Made by a program: the position numbers and the translations under genes. From assembly GCA_964016885.1 (NCBI GenBank), contig OZ024740.1:114638001-114702000 (forward strand): a DNA stretch of 64,000 nt, in the 5' to 3' direction. Every line of letters begins with the position of its first letter. Position 1 is the first letter of the stretch. The notes beneath the pieces were generated by a model, which saw nothing but the letters and a program-made list of their open reading frames with translations, did not search any database and was not told where the DNA came from. Source of the DNA: Eledone cirrhosa. Taxonomy: Eukaryota. Shown in pieces: positions 1 through 13,935 of this stretch.

Positions 1-16
1 GTGTGTGTGTGTGTAT

Positions 17-146
17 GCCGGATTCAATCAGGGATAACTACAGTAAGTAAGGTACTCAATACATAGCAGAGTATAAATATTTGATATAGAAATGGCCTCT
101 ATAGGACTAGTACTGTTTCATTCGAAGGAAATCATCAGGGAAGCCG
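17..146 (-). mobile_element. Penelope-type pLTR/tail fragment with minimal type I hammerhead motif (94-146)
   Basis: Minus strand reads GGCTTCC-CTGATGA-tttccttcgaat-GAAAC-agtact-aGTC-ctatagaggcc. Homologous copies occur at 39112-39232 (+) and in the palindrome at 7469-7583. Confidence 0.7.
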
Positions 147-391
147 ACTGTCAATGTTTTATGGCGGTATTTATACATTTTCTGGTGTAATCAGGAAGGT
201 TGTGATTGGGATCTGATGGTTTTAAAAAATGGGGATCCTCTGAAAAAACTATACTTAGGGAAAAATACTTAGATGAAAATAGTGATACAGAAGGATACAA
301 AAGAAAGACACCTTATTTTTCAAGGTTCAATTATGCTAAGCACACAAAAGGTTTTTCTTTAAGTTGCTGTATTAACATTCTGTGTCCACAA

Positions 392-978
392 CAAGGTTTC
401 TCAATCTTTTTTCAGCCAGCAGCCCCTTTGGGCGCAAACCCTTTTTATCAACGCCCCCACAACCTGTCAAACTAAATTTCAAATAAGATACTGAATTCAT
501 CTTACATCAAATGGGTATAAAACCGAAAACAAGTGTGTGTGTGGGGGGGGGGGGCGTTTGGGCCTTTAATAGACAGGGGTCAATTTAAGTTCAATGGCAG
601 AAACATAGCCATACATACAAACACATACATATAAGCCACCCCCAAGAGCCAGTTTTATCCAAAATTCTGACCTCCATTCTTTTCGCATTTTTTCATTGTT
701 TTATTGTTTTTCTTTTAGTCGTCTGTCACCATTCATCTGTTTTTCGTTTTTGTTTTGGGATTTCACTTTAGCGACACCAGTTACACATGGGCCCAGGAAT
801 TCCGCTTGGTCACCAAAGTGGAAAAAGTGTTTTTTTAATTTTTGAAGATTTGAAAGAAAAAGATTTGAAATAAATAAATGGATAAATACCCACCGCCCAC
901 CTGCTAATATTCATCACGCCACAATAAAAACACCCAGCGCCCCCAAGGGGGCGCTAGCGCATACGTTGGAAAACACTG
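392..978. mobile_element. Non-autonomous hAT-superfamily MITE (Charlie/Buster-like termini)
   Basis: Imperfect TIRs CAAGGTTTCTCAA (392) and TTGGAAAACACTG (ending 978). The 8-bp TSD is GTCCACAA (384-391) / GTCTACAA (979-986), 7 of 8 identical. No coding capacity. Confidence 0.8.
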
Positions 979-1818
979 GTCTACAAAATGGTCAGGTCCT
1001 TACATTCACACACTCAGACAGACACATAGACATCCATACACTCATACATGCACATACACATACACGCACATATATATATATATATATACATATATATTGT
1101 TTTACCCTTTTACCTGTCTGTTCTAGCCATCCGACTGAGGCCATGCTGGAGCACCGCCCTTTATATATATATTCATATTATATTATATATTATATAATAT
1201 TCATATTATACATACAAATATGTATACACACACATATATATATGTGTATTCTTATTCTTATACTAATATACTCTGTTCTGCACGAGCATCGATTGCTCAC
1301 TCGAAATACCGCCTATCGACGTAAATGTCTTGCACATATACACCTACACACACACACACACACAGACACACACACACACACACATACACACACACAACAC
1401 ACACACATATATACACACACACACACACACGCATATATATATATACATATATATATATATATGGGGGGGGGGGTGAATACGTGTGTGTGGAAGGGTGTGC
1501 GTGTGTTTGCATGGATTTGTATTGTATATTCATATGTTTGTAAATGTGAGTGCATTTTCTAGTAACTTTCTAGTAATTTTCACTCCAATATTGCACAAAG
1601 CATTCATTCTCTAATCATTACGTGTCATTTATTATGAATACACAAGTAATGTTTAATTTTTATCTTTGGGAAGCGAAACTTCCAAAGATTAAACGATACA
1701 TTTTCAAATTAGAGTTCTAGCCAATGCTACCGAGTACTTCCGAATGCTACCAAGTGCGTTAGGTTAGTTTCTGTCTAGAAAACTGAATCATATATGTTAA
1801 AATTAGATTGTTTTCTCG

Positions 1819-1955
<137 letters not shown>

Positions 1956-2075
1956 TATGTGTGTGTGTGTATGAGTGAGTGTAAGAAGATGATTCTATTA
2001 GTAGAAATGGGGAAGGGAGTTGTGTGTGTGTGTGTATATGTGTGTGGGAATATATATATATATACGTATATACGC

Positions 2076-2118
<43 letters not shown>

Positions 2119-2123
<5 letters not shown>

Positions 2124-2860
2124 GAGAGAAGAAACATTTAGATATAATTAGTAATAAAATGTATCATACCTAAACTGCTCCTAGATTCCTCGACTACGTA
2201 GTTTCGTGGCATAAACAAAAACAATACATCATAAAGATATAGAGACCTTGCGAGGTCTGCCGACTTATCAAGAGGATACCTCATTTTACTAGTCTCAAGA
2301 ACGCGTCCACACGACGTGGGAAAGAATCCCAAAAGCAATCTTTGAGGTGTGGGGACTGCTGGAAAGCTTCCATTACTTATACTTCTCTCCTCCTTCACCA
2401 CCTCTTCTACGGCTTCGATATAAATACCCCCTCCGCCTCCGTGGTATTTTCTTCGGGGTTATAAGAGGCTTAGCTCTGTTTCTCGACCGTTATATCGCGA
2501 GACTATGACCCCCTCCTCCTTTTGGGATTCTTTCTCACGTCGTGTGGACGCGTTCTTGAGACTAGTAAAATGAGGTATCCTCTTGATAAGTCGGCAGACC
2601 TCGCAAGGACTCTATATCTTTATGATGTATTGTTTTTGTTTATGCCACGAAACTACGTAGTCGAGGAATCTAGGAGCAGTTTAGGTATGATACATTTTAT
2701 TACTAATTATATCTAAATGTTTCTTCTCTCTTCATAATGTATTTTTAACTCTGATACTGGTTCAGTCTGGTTCAACCGGATTGGTCTGTCCCAGTTATTC
2801 ATTGAGCAACATCGGTGAAGTTGGCACCCTTAACTCACGGTTGGGTGCGGATGCATTCAT
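2119..2860 (+). mobile_element. Hammerhead-bearing non-coding element with ~215-bp inverted duplication (2119-2335 / 2520-2735)
   Basis: The arms are near-perfect reverse complements, and the ORF track shows the same peptide on both strands. HHR fold at 2578-2667 (+) with mirror at 2187-2276 (-). Flanked by (TA)n. Confidence 0.75.
2578..2667 (+). ncRNA. Type I hammerhead ribozyme, U3-A8 core variant with long loop II
   Basis: TCCTC-TTGATAA-GTcGGCA...TGCCAC-GAAAC-TACGTA-GTC^GAGGA. Stem I TCCTC/GAGGA, stem II GTGGCA/TGCCAC, palindromic stem III. Confidence 0.65.
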
Positions 2861-2902
2861 GTATATGTGTGTGTCCGCATGTATCTGTGTGTTTCTAAAT
2901 AT

Positions 2903-2941
<39 letters not shown>

Positions 2942-3060
2942 TATGCGTATGTATATATATATATATATACATACTCCCACACACACATACACACGCACAT
3001 ATAACACCCATACACACACACAACTCCCTCCCCCATTTCCACTAATAGAATCATCTTCCT

Positions 3061-3093
<33 letters not shown>

Positions 3094-3139
3094 CATCAGC
3101 ACACAAATAAACATACATATCTCTATTTCAATAGAAAGT

Positions 3140-3545
3140 CTGAATTTTGAAATCCGAGCACATCAGCCATATTCACTGAACCAGAACAATTGTCCCCATC
3201 TCGTTTTTCTTGACCATTATATTTTGTTTGGCACAAAATTCTCTAAGTAGACACAAAAGAAACTAGTCGCCCGGCCGACTAACTCACTCGATATGCAAAT
3301 TAGGCTCCTTAGCCGTTAATATGCATAAGGAAAGCATATACTTTCAAACGTTCAATCAACTGACAGGAAGGTATACGGTCCTGATGACAGCTAATAAGCT
3401 AGAAACTCGTTCATCGTTCTCTTGTCAGTGTTAAACAAAATGGCAACGATGGTTGCCAAACACTGTACTGCTAATAATTCGGGCTGTTTGTTTACAAACA
3501 AACCGAGCATTATAATAAATGTTCGGTAAACCCATACGTACATAT
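3140..3545 (+). mobile_element. Hammerhead-bearing short element (family shared with 53650-53930 and 54140-54640); HHR at 3376-3416
   Basis: CGGTC-CTGATGA-cAGCTaataAGCTa-GAAAC-tc-GTT-CATCG. Flanks align with the 53.7-54.5 kb copies (actcgatatgcaaattaggctcc..., tgtttgtttacaaac). Confidence 0.65.
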
Positions 3546-3679
3546 ATATATGTGTGCATGTATGTATGTAAATACATACTACTGTACGTCTGTATATATA
3601 TATATATGTATGTACGCATACATACTTACATTTAAGTATCAGCCGTACTAAGAGTGAGAAATGAAATTTCATTTTTTCC

Positions 3680-3737
<58 letters not shown>

Positions 3738-3758
3738 ATATATATACGCAATATATAA

Positions 3759-4418
3759 TCTATATATATAAAGCTGTGGTTGTCTGTCTGTCTATCGATT
3801 TTTGGCACACATCTCCTCTTAGAATCTCTGACGGAATTGCACCGAAATTGCTATACTTGTACATTGAGCCCTAGCGAAGACATCGGAAAAAAATATTTCA
3901 AATTGACCCACCCTATGTGACGAAATCGAATCTAATGTATAGATTTTTGAGCGTAAGTGACGAGTTATTTCCCTTTGTTCTGTTTACATTGAGCGTCTTA
4001 CGTTCTGTTTACATTTTCTGCGTGCAAAAATTAAAAAAATTACGCTGGCTTTCTCAGCGTTTAAAATGACATTAACACAATACACGAACAGTTGTCGAGC
4101 CAGCAAAATTTTGACCTGCAAAATTCATCAGTTCGAACACTAAGCTTCCGTTTTGCTTCATTTCCATTGAAAAGCCTTTTAAAACAATATTTTTACTTGA
4201 AAACAAGTCTATTTAAAGACTACGTAAAACAAGCAAATATTTCGTAAAAAAAAAGCAAAAATTATATAAGTTTATTTAAAATATATGTATCTGTAAATTT
4301 CGTTAGGCGTGCAGACAGACAGTCGTGCAGACAGACTTTAAGCCAAAAAAGAAACTTAAGATTGTAACTTTAACACAGCTACTGAGCGACCCCGAGCAAC
4401 GCCGGGCTTTACTGCTAG
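3759..4418 (+). mobile_element. Non-autonomous Helitron
   Basis: 5' A|TCTATATATATAAAG...(TGTC)n start, subterminal hairpin CCCGagcaacgcCGGG and 3' CTAG|T end. Inserted between A and T with no TSD. Confidence 0.8.
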
Positions 4419-5074
4419 TATAATATATATTAATTACTTTATTTATTTACTATACGTTTAGTACATAATATCTACTACATTTTTCTTTTGTGTATTGTGC
4501 AGCATTCTTTATTATGTTGACCCATGTATGTATAATATTAACAGTTCATTGTTTAATCTATGTTATATAACGATTAATCAACTGTAAAACGTATCTCTAA
4601 GTGTCATATTTATGGGAAATATATTTGGATTGTATAATGTCTCTAATTTAGGCATAAGCCTGAAAGAAACTGTGAAATTGATCCCAGTGTTTTCTTCTTA
4701 TAATAATATATATTTATATTCCAATGAATTTATTTCAATTAAAATAAATAGAATATGTGCTAAAAACTGCATAGAACACATAGCAATGAGGAAGTAAAAA
4801 TAAACAGAAAAGAAGAAACTGACAAAGAAAAAAAGAATTAACCAACGATAAAAATTAAGAGGAGGATAACGTTAGACTTAAAATCTCAGTTTGAGTTTTT
4901 TCAGCTGCACTTCATGGACAAAATAGCCAGTGACATTCGCTACAAAAGGAACCCCACCTCACTTGGGCGGGTTGCTATCTTTCCGAATTCAATCATGAAA
5001 GCAGCCGTCTGGGCACCGAGCACACCTGAAGTCCCGATTGCGACAGGTTACTACTATCTTTCATCGACCACAGC

Positions 5075-5275
5075 AGTTTGATTTCAATTCAGGTTGTTAT
5101 GGGTCGAAAATAAATTGCTAAAGTTATTTTGTTCAACTATCTAACTATCCTGCCAATCACCCCACTTAATAATTGTTTATACTTTTGGCACAAGTCCAGC
5201 AATTACTCCAGTGTATTACTGGTACTTTATTTTATCGACCCCATAAGGATGAAACGCAAAGTTAACCTCGGCGGT
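5075..5275 (-). mobile_element. Degenerate copies of the abundant Nin-domain-like SINE
   Basis: Reverse complement of ttgcctttcatcctt..ggggtcgataaaataaagtaccag and cttgtgccaaaag, as in the arrays at 20.7 and 37.4 kb. Confidence 0.65.
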
Positions 5276-5358
5276 TATATACAATGATTGAATTGGTGTA
5301 ATACAGATATAGTTTTAATTGAGTAAAATATTGATTCCTAACATTACTTAAGATAGCA

Positions 5359-5815
5359 CCTTCTTCTTCTTCTTCTTCTTCTTCTTCTTCTTCTTCTTCT
5401 TCTTCTTCTTCTTTACCCACTCATTTCTGGGAGGGCCCTCGAAGTATAATCCTCAAGCACTCATTCCTGTGGCTGGATCACCAAGTAAGACGAGCTGATA
5501 TCATGGGTGTTATCCAACCATCTTGTTATGGGTCTACCCATGAGTCTCTTGCATGTTGGCTTTTCCCGTAAATCTGTTCAGCGATTTTTTTCTGAGACAT
5601 TCTACCCACATGTCCATAGTATCGGAGTTGTGATATCTTAATTCGGAGAATTAGTCATTCTACCTGGCACCACTCTCTGATCTCCGATCTACGAACTTTA
5701 TCGAGTAATGTTATTCTTCGGAGAAACCCATTTCGGTCTATTGCATTCACGATCGTTTACTTTCGGACACTACCCTAGATTCATGACAATAGTAAAGGAT
5801 GGGTTATAAGCAGAG
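5359..5815 (-). pseudogene. RTE-clade LINE 3' remnant with (GAA)n tail
   Basis: The decayed minus-strand translation includes EMGFLRRI..LDKVRRSEIRE, QLRYYGHVGRM and GRPITRWLD, typical RTE C-terminal motifs. The (CTT)n run at 5359-5412 is the tail. Confidence 0.75.
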
Positions 5816-6141
5816 CAGAGTAAATTGATATACTACAGGAGAAAAAAATTCTTAATGAGTAACGTAACACACAATCGTCTAGCTACATGATAATTCAGTA
5901 GAAGAGACTACTGTACATTTCACAGTAACCACTTATTTTGTAGCTATAATAAACAAATATATTATAAAAAATGTGATAAAGTTGTGATGAGTAATCTGGT
6001 TTATTCTTCAAGTTACAAGCAAGTTAGTGAATGATTATTCTTGCGAAAAAAGACGGACATCACTTTCGCCCATTTCCATGCATATTTGTATATATGAATA
6101 TATGTATATATGTATAAATATATGTATATATGTATAAAATA

Positions 6142-6171
<30 letters not shown>

Positions 6172-6182
<11 letters not shown>

Positions 6183-6540
6183 ATAATTAAGTTAAATATT
6201 TAAAATTTGGCTTCGTTTATTAAAGGTGTACTGCTATGTATATTTCGGTGACAGCCATCTTTGGCTATGACCTCTTCAGGCAGTCTGAATTGGTGTGGTA
6301 GAGACGGGTACACATGTTATTGAGGTGTTTAACTCCGTCAATACTTCGATATGCCCAGTCCTGGATGGGTTGTTATTTCTCTGAGGAACTGGAATCATGT
6401 ATACCTTTAATAACTGAAGCCAAATTTTAAATATTTGACTTATTTATTTTATTTTACATTACTCCGGAGTAACAAAACCATCCTGCGCACTTCGTCGAGT
6501 GCTCCAATCTGCATATTGAGGTGTCGATAAACAACCAACA
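6172..6540. mobile_element. Fold-back element with intact hammerhead on minus strand (6230-6284)
   Basis: Inverted arms ~6172-6231 / 6399-6457. Minus strand reads ACTGC-CTGAAGA-ggtcATAGCCAaagaTGGCTGTcacc-GAAA-tataca-TA^GCAGT. Confidence 0.7.
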
Positions 6541-6571
6541 TATACTCAATATATATATATATATATATATG

Positions 6572-6618
<47 letters not shown>

Positions 6619-6621
<3 letters not shown>

Positions 6622-7456
6622 AATAAAGATTCAGTGAGAATCGCATTTCGGCGGGCAGGATAGGCGAAGCGAAACGCAGAAATCAGAAATGATAGTGGCA
6701 AAGTGCTCAATAGTTAAAAACCAGGGCTAAACAATGTGTTAAGAAGCCATATAAAACTGAAAAGGTGGTCAAGAAGGCATTAACTACCCAAGCCAAAAAC
6801 CAAATCAAGCTAAACAGGTCAAAACAAAATAAATGATAACAAATAAATGATAACCAGACCTGGACTCCCGGAATTGCTGTTAAAATCGGATGTAGAGTTT
6901 CTGTGACACCTAAATCAAAATACAGTCTGCTTTAAAATATAAGCTGTGGGTATAATGATCGAACAAGCAATACCACGTCATCAACAGGTATTTCGCTCTG
7001 TACCAAATAAGTGAATTACACGGTGGTAAGTTAAAACACGTGTGGAAATCACAAGGGGAATAACCCCAGATTTTGGCAAAGTAATTCAGTAAGTGTATAT
7101 CATGCAAAAAATAGCATAAATAGCACAAATCGAATAAGTTCTCAACCGGGTGGTTTTAAAATAAACTTATACAATTAACCTGTCAATAGAAATTATTAAC
7201 AAGTTAATTGTAAGACACGGGAGAATAATACAAATAAAGATTCAGCGAGAATCGCATTTCGGCGGGCAGGAAAGGCGAAGCGAAACACAAAAATGAGAAA
7301 TGATACTGGCAAAGTGCTTAATAGTTAAAAAGCAGAGCTAAACAATGTGTTAAGAAGCCATACAAAACTTAAAAGGTGGTCAAGAAGGCATTAACAACCC
7401 AAGCAAAAAAACCAAATCATGCTAAACAGGTCAAAACAAAATAAGTGATAACCAGA
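6619..7456 (-). mobile_element. Partial tandem (~611-bp period) non-coding element with large hammerhead (6858-6989)
   Basis: Direct repeat 6619-6857 / 7230-7456. Minus strand reads ACCTG-TTGATGA-cGTGGTA...TGTCACa-GAAACTC...GAGTC^CAGGT. (TA)n on both sides. Confidence 0.65.
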
Positions 7457-7468
7457 TATATATATATA

Positions 7469-7583
7469 TTTAATATAGAAGAGCTTCTACAGGACTAGAA
7501 CTGTTTCATTCGTGAGAAATCATCAGGTGATGATTTCTCACGAATAAAACAGTGCTAGTCCTGTAGAGCCTCTTCTATATTAA
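7469..7583. repeat. Palindrome folded back through a hammerhead core
   Basis: ...gagaaatcatca-gg-tgatgatttctc... with ~56-bp imperfect arms. Same family as 17-146. Confidence 0.7.
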
Positions 7584-8237
7584 ACATTTTAATAGGAAAT
7601 GTGAAGACTAAAATCCAAAGAGAGCTCGATAAGGATAAGTATATATCAAATATATAATATATAGAGCAAATATTTATTTCAGAAGGGTGAACGCAGCGAT
7701 TCTTTGCTTAAACATGAATCTGTTATTTTAATAAATAAATAAATATATAATATATATATGTATATATATAAAAATATATATGTGTGTGTGTGTGTGTGTG
7801 TAGCCGTATAGACATATTTGAACAAACGTACAATCATACATGTCAGTTTAAACATCGAAGCTTTTATTATATTTAAACATATATAAACATGTTTATTGGC
7901 AATGAGACACAAGCAAAAGTAAACACACGCATATATTTGTATGTATATATATATATATATATATATATTAATCCATATATATATATATATATATAGTTTG
8001 GTTGACAATTATACTAATGTGCACAGACACACAGATATATTGTCCTTGGTATGACAGTGTGGTTTTAGCTCAATGTATAATACAGAGCTGTTATACATTT
8101 AGGAATAACATTTATGATGTAATTTTTTGTGACATTATATGTATCATGTATTGTCTGCCTCTCTACTTGTCCTTCTTCCTAGTTCTGGTGACTAGGCTCG
8201 ATAGAGCCTGCAACCTCTGACATACTTTTGTTTATAG

Positions 8238-8282
8238 GCTCTGATGATTTCTGCCCTAGTGTATGGATGAAACACTGTTAGC
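8238..8282 (+). ncRNA. Minimal type I hammerhead motif
   Basis: GCT-CTGATGA-tttctgccctagtgtatggat-GAAAC-act-GTT^AGC, followed by an AATAAA-containing tail and (TA)n. Confidence 0.55.
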
Positions 8283-8334
8283 AAATAAAACAATGTATTT
8301 TTAAGCACTCTTTGGTTATTCCTAAACTTATATA

Positions 8335-8397
<63 letters not shown>

Positions 8398-8481
8398 TAT
8401 GTGAATTACTGGTAGTGGTACCAATGTGAGCACTGAATGTACATGCAGAGTGCATATTTTACGGAAAATGTTTTTCTTAAT

Positions 8482-8648
<167 letters not shown>

Positions 8649-8651
8649 CAC

Positions 8652-8683
<32 letters not shown>

Positions 8684-8787
8684 ATATATATATACACACA
8701 CAAATCAACATCCTCATGTTAACATACATACTAGCATACATATAAACAAATAAATATACATATACATATAATTAATTACATGCATAC

Positions 8788-8818
<31 letters not shown>

Positions 8819-8851
8819 CATACATACATACATACATACATACATACATAC

Positions 8852-11800
8852 ATGGTGGCTGCCAACTCGTTTTCGAGTACGGCCACTACTTTATATCCAT
8901 GTAGGAGAACTCCTACCGATGCGCTGAACGATAATGATAATGATAATCAAAATATAAACAATTGAAAATTTCCCTTAACGAAATCTTCCAGAGAGAAATT
9001 AACTCATGTATAAATATCTCTCTGGGTAAACGTGTTAAAATGACAATGGTGAATAAAAAACCAAATAATGAAATACTACGTGTTATTGACGAAATAGGGG
9101 ATGAATATTTACGACGGATAAAAACCCCAACATTTTGGCAAATCAACGCCTGTTTATATGCCTTAGCAATGACAGTGAAGCATTATCTTGGTGATAGCAA
9201 AGATATTAACAAGAACAAAACACCACCAAAAATACCATCATATATAACTAAAATAGAAAAAAAGATTGCTGACCTACGAAAAAACATAGGACATGTGACA
9301 ATGCTCCTTACATGCAAACAAACACAAAAAAACTTCACTCGTCACCAATAAAGAGTGAAAAATAAAATAGAGACGATGTTTGGTAACAGTAGAACCAGAA
9401 CTCTCCAATATAAGCTGATCACCCTCAAACAAGAATTGAGAGCTGTTAGCGAAAAACGCTGATACCTGAAGAAGGTAGATGAAAGAAAAATGCTTAAGAA
9501 AAGATTCAGACGAAACCAAACATCAGTCTATAGAGATATGAAGGGCAAAATAATGAGTGTCACTGAGGCCCCATCCCAGAAAGACATAGATTCCTTTTGG
9601 AGAAAAGTATGGGGTGAAGAGAAGAATTTTAACCAAGATGCAGTGTGGCTAAGAGAAATCCGAAAGAACTATTGCTCCTACACTACAACAAAAACATACG
9701 AAATAAGTGAGGGTATGTTGAGACTGTGATAGGAAAACTCCAAGATAAGAAAACGCCAGGAAGAGACATGATTGTCGGCTACTGGTACAAAAAACTAATA
9801 TTCTATCGGAGGTATCTTACTGACCTCTACCAACAAGTTCTTAAGGGAGATACACTTATACCAGAATGGTTGACATTAGCACAAACGTTACTGGTCCCCA
9901 AGAACAAAGACACCCACTTGGCAAAAAACTACCGACCCATTGCACGCCAGAACCTGATGTATAAGTTGTATACAGCCTGCCTGAACCTATTCCTCCAAGA
10001 TCACTGTGAAAATAATAACATCATCACAAATGAACAAGCAGCTTGAAAGAAAAGGGTTTAGGGATGTGCTGAACAACTCCTAATCAACGAAACTACGATG
10101 TCGAAGGTGCGACAACTTAGGAGGAATATGACTACAGTCTGGCTGGACTACAAGAAAGCTTTCGATTCTGTTCCCCACTCTTGGATGATAGAGGCCCTCC
10201 AACTTGCTAAAGTCCCAGACATTATTATCAGAGCCATAGCGAGGCTGTCTTCTTCTTGGGCTACTATCCTAAGGTTAAAGACAGAGAGGGGGGACTCTAT
10301 TTTCACTGATAAAATAAAATATTGCAGGGGTATATTTCAGGGGGACAGTCTTTCTGTGATATTGTTCATCTTGTCATTAAACCCCTTGTCCTTTCTGCTC
10401 AAGAAATGTGAGGGATACATCATTGGCTCACAGGAGGACAGAAATACGAACCTAACCCATAACTTCTTTGTGGACGATCTGAAACTCTATGCCAAGAACA
10501 TGGATGGGATGAAGAAAAATCTTGACCTGGTTACAACGTTCTCAAAGGATATAGGAATGGAGTTTGGCCAAGATAATTGCTCATACATGACTGTAAAGCA
10601 GGGAAAAACAACAACCCAATCTAGCAACATTGTCATCAATGGTCTAACTGTTACACCGATATCTGATGAGGACTGCTACAGATACCTGGGGATAGATGAG
10701 AACATATCCTATAATGGTATCTGTAATAAAGAACGCGTGACCAGGGAATACTACACCCGATTAAGACAGATCTGGTCATCGGAACTCTCTGCACAAAACA
10801 AAACAGTGGCTCACAATGTGCTTGCTGTGCCTGTCCTAACACCAACGTTTGGAATACTCAATTGGACGATAGACGAAATCCGAGCAGTTGATGTTGGAAC
10901 TCGAAAAATACTGAACAACACCGGAAACTTCCACATCAACAGTGACATAGACCGCCGTTACTTGAAAGAGGCCTAACATCAGTCCAGACAACATTTGAAT
11001 GTCGCATCATATCTCTTCGACAACATCATATCTCTTCGACAACATCTACAAACATCTACAAACATCTACAAACCTCGAAGCGTAGGGGCCCGCTTCTCGA
11101 GCAAGTCTATCTGCATGAAACAGATAATATCATGAGAGTTGGGAAGGAACTCCTTGAGAGATATTCCCTGTGTGATAATCAAAAACTCACACCCAGGGAA
11201 GTCGTTCAGCAGTATCGCAGTGAATCCATGGATGAAAAACTGCATGCCTATCAGCAAAAATTCATGCATAGATATGTTGCCAGGAAGCCGCAGAGTGAGA
11301 GTAATATAGATAAGGAAAGTAGTCTGTCTTGGACCAACAACCGTTATATTGGCTCCCACTTTGAAGGATAAGCTTTTGCAATCCAAGAACAGGAGATTAG
11401 CACTAAATACCTGATTCACGAAAGAGATAGGGATGCAGGCAAAACACCTAGATCTGATAACATGTGCAGACTCTGCAGAACTAACATCGAGGATATGACC
11501 CGTGTCATCAGCAGCTGTCCAAAGATGGCATCGCGGTACTATCTACCTATGAGGGGCATGATGTAGTGGCCAAAACACTGTACAATGCAGTTCGTAAAAA
11601 AGATAGCCCCGATAATAAACACATTAAAAGCTACAACAATGTGGAAGACATCAATGTACATAATATGAAAGAGCACTGGTGGAATGTTCCAGTAAAAACC
11701 CCAATAAAATGCATGCATAACAGACCAGATATTATGATATGGGACAGGGAGAGGAAAACATGCACAGTAGTGGAAATTAGCTGCCCAGCAGATGCCAATA

Positions 11801-12286
11801 GAATATCAAAGATTAGTGAAAAGGAGAATATTTATGCAGAACTGATGATAAATCTGCAGATACTCCACTCTGACTACATCTTCAGATTTATGCCTGTGAT
11901 TATTGGGGCACTGGGATATGTTAGTAACTGCCTCAATACAAATCTTGAGAAGCTAGGCTTCACAGGAACTTAAAGAACACAACTAGTTAGGAAACTACAG
12001 GTACAATCCATTAATGGAACAGTAAAAATATGTAAAACATTCCAAAAATTTTGCATCTAATAACTGCATATACACATGTACAGATACAAAGCATATATAC
12101 ATGCACACATACAACTCAAAACATACACATCCACACATACAGTAACATCCATATCTACACATGCATGCATACATACATATCTACCTAGTTGATGTTGTGC
12201 AAATTCCAATGAGATAGTCTTGTGTCTATGTTAGAAACCGACTCTCTCTATTGGTAAAACTTTGTGAAATTATAAAACCAGAAGAA
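8852..12286 (+). mobile_element. Dong/R4-clade (RLE-type) non-LTR retrotransposon, decayed, inserted in (TACA)n
   Basis: Fragmented ORFs give NYRPI, WLDYKKAFDSVPH, GIFQGDSLS, FFVDDLKLY and YRYLG (RT), then CRLC..(H)..S.C zinc knuckle remains and RPDIMIWD..VEISCP (restriction-like endonuclease). TACA repeats on both sides. Confidence 0.9.
8962..12060 (+). pseudogene. RT-CCHC-RLE polyprotein of R4/Dong element, multiple stops/frameshifts
   Basis: ORF pieces 8962-9351, 9490-9729, 9726-10046, 10098-10976, 11132-11371 and 11566-11973 are collinear. Confidence 0.88.
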
Positions 12287-12496
12287 CATACACACATACA
12301 TACTAACAATGAATTGAAATCGATGTTATTGCTTTAGAAATAAATCTGTTGCTTGAACCGACTACGATGCGTAACTAATTGGTCTGCCGACAACATCAAA
12401 GCAAAATTTCATACATTCAAAGACCAGTTCACCGGTGAAAAGATTCACCAATTATCATCTTCCTCATCCTTTTAAATGTCAGCTGGGGGCTTAGTT

Positions 12497-12569
<73 letters not shown>

Positions 12570-12699
12570 AGAGAGAGGGGGGTGAAGCTAGATCGCTGGA
12601 CAGAGTAATTTCTGTAAAAGGAAGCAGGTATACAGGGAATTCTCCCCCTCTTTGTACGTATATATATATACATATATATATTTATATATACACACACAC

Positions 12700-13935
<1,236 letters not shown>

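Noticed and set aside
12200-12255. Hammerhead-like GAAAC..UC in the R4 3' UTR
   Set aside because: A hairpin is present but there is no CUGANGA/UUGANAA core in the right position.
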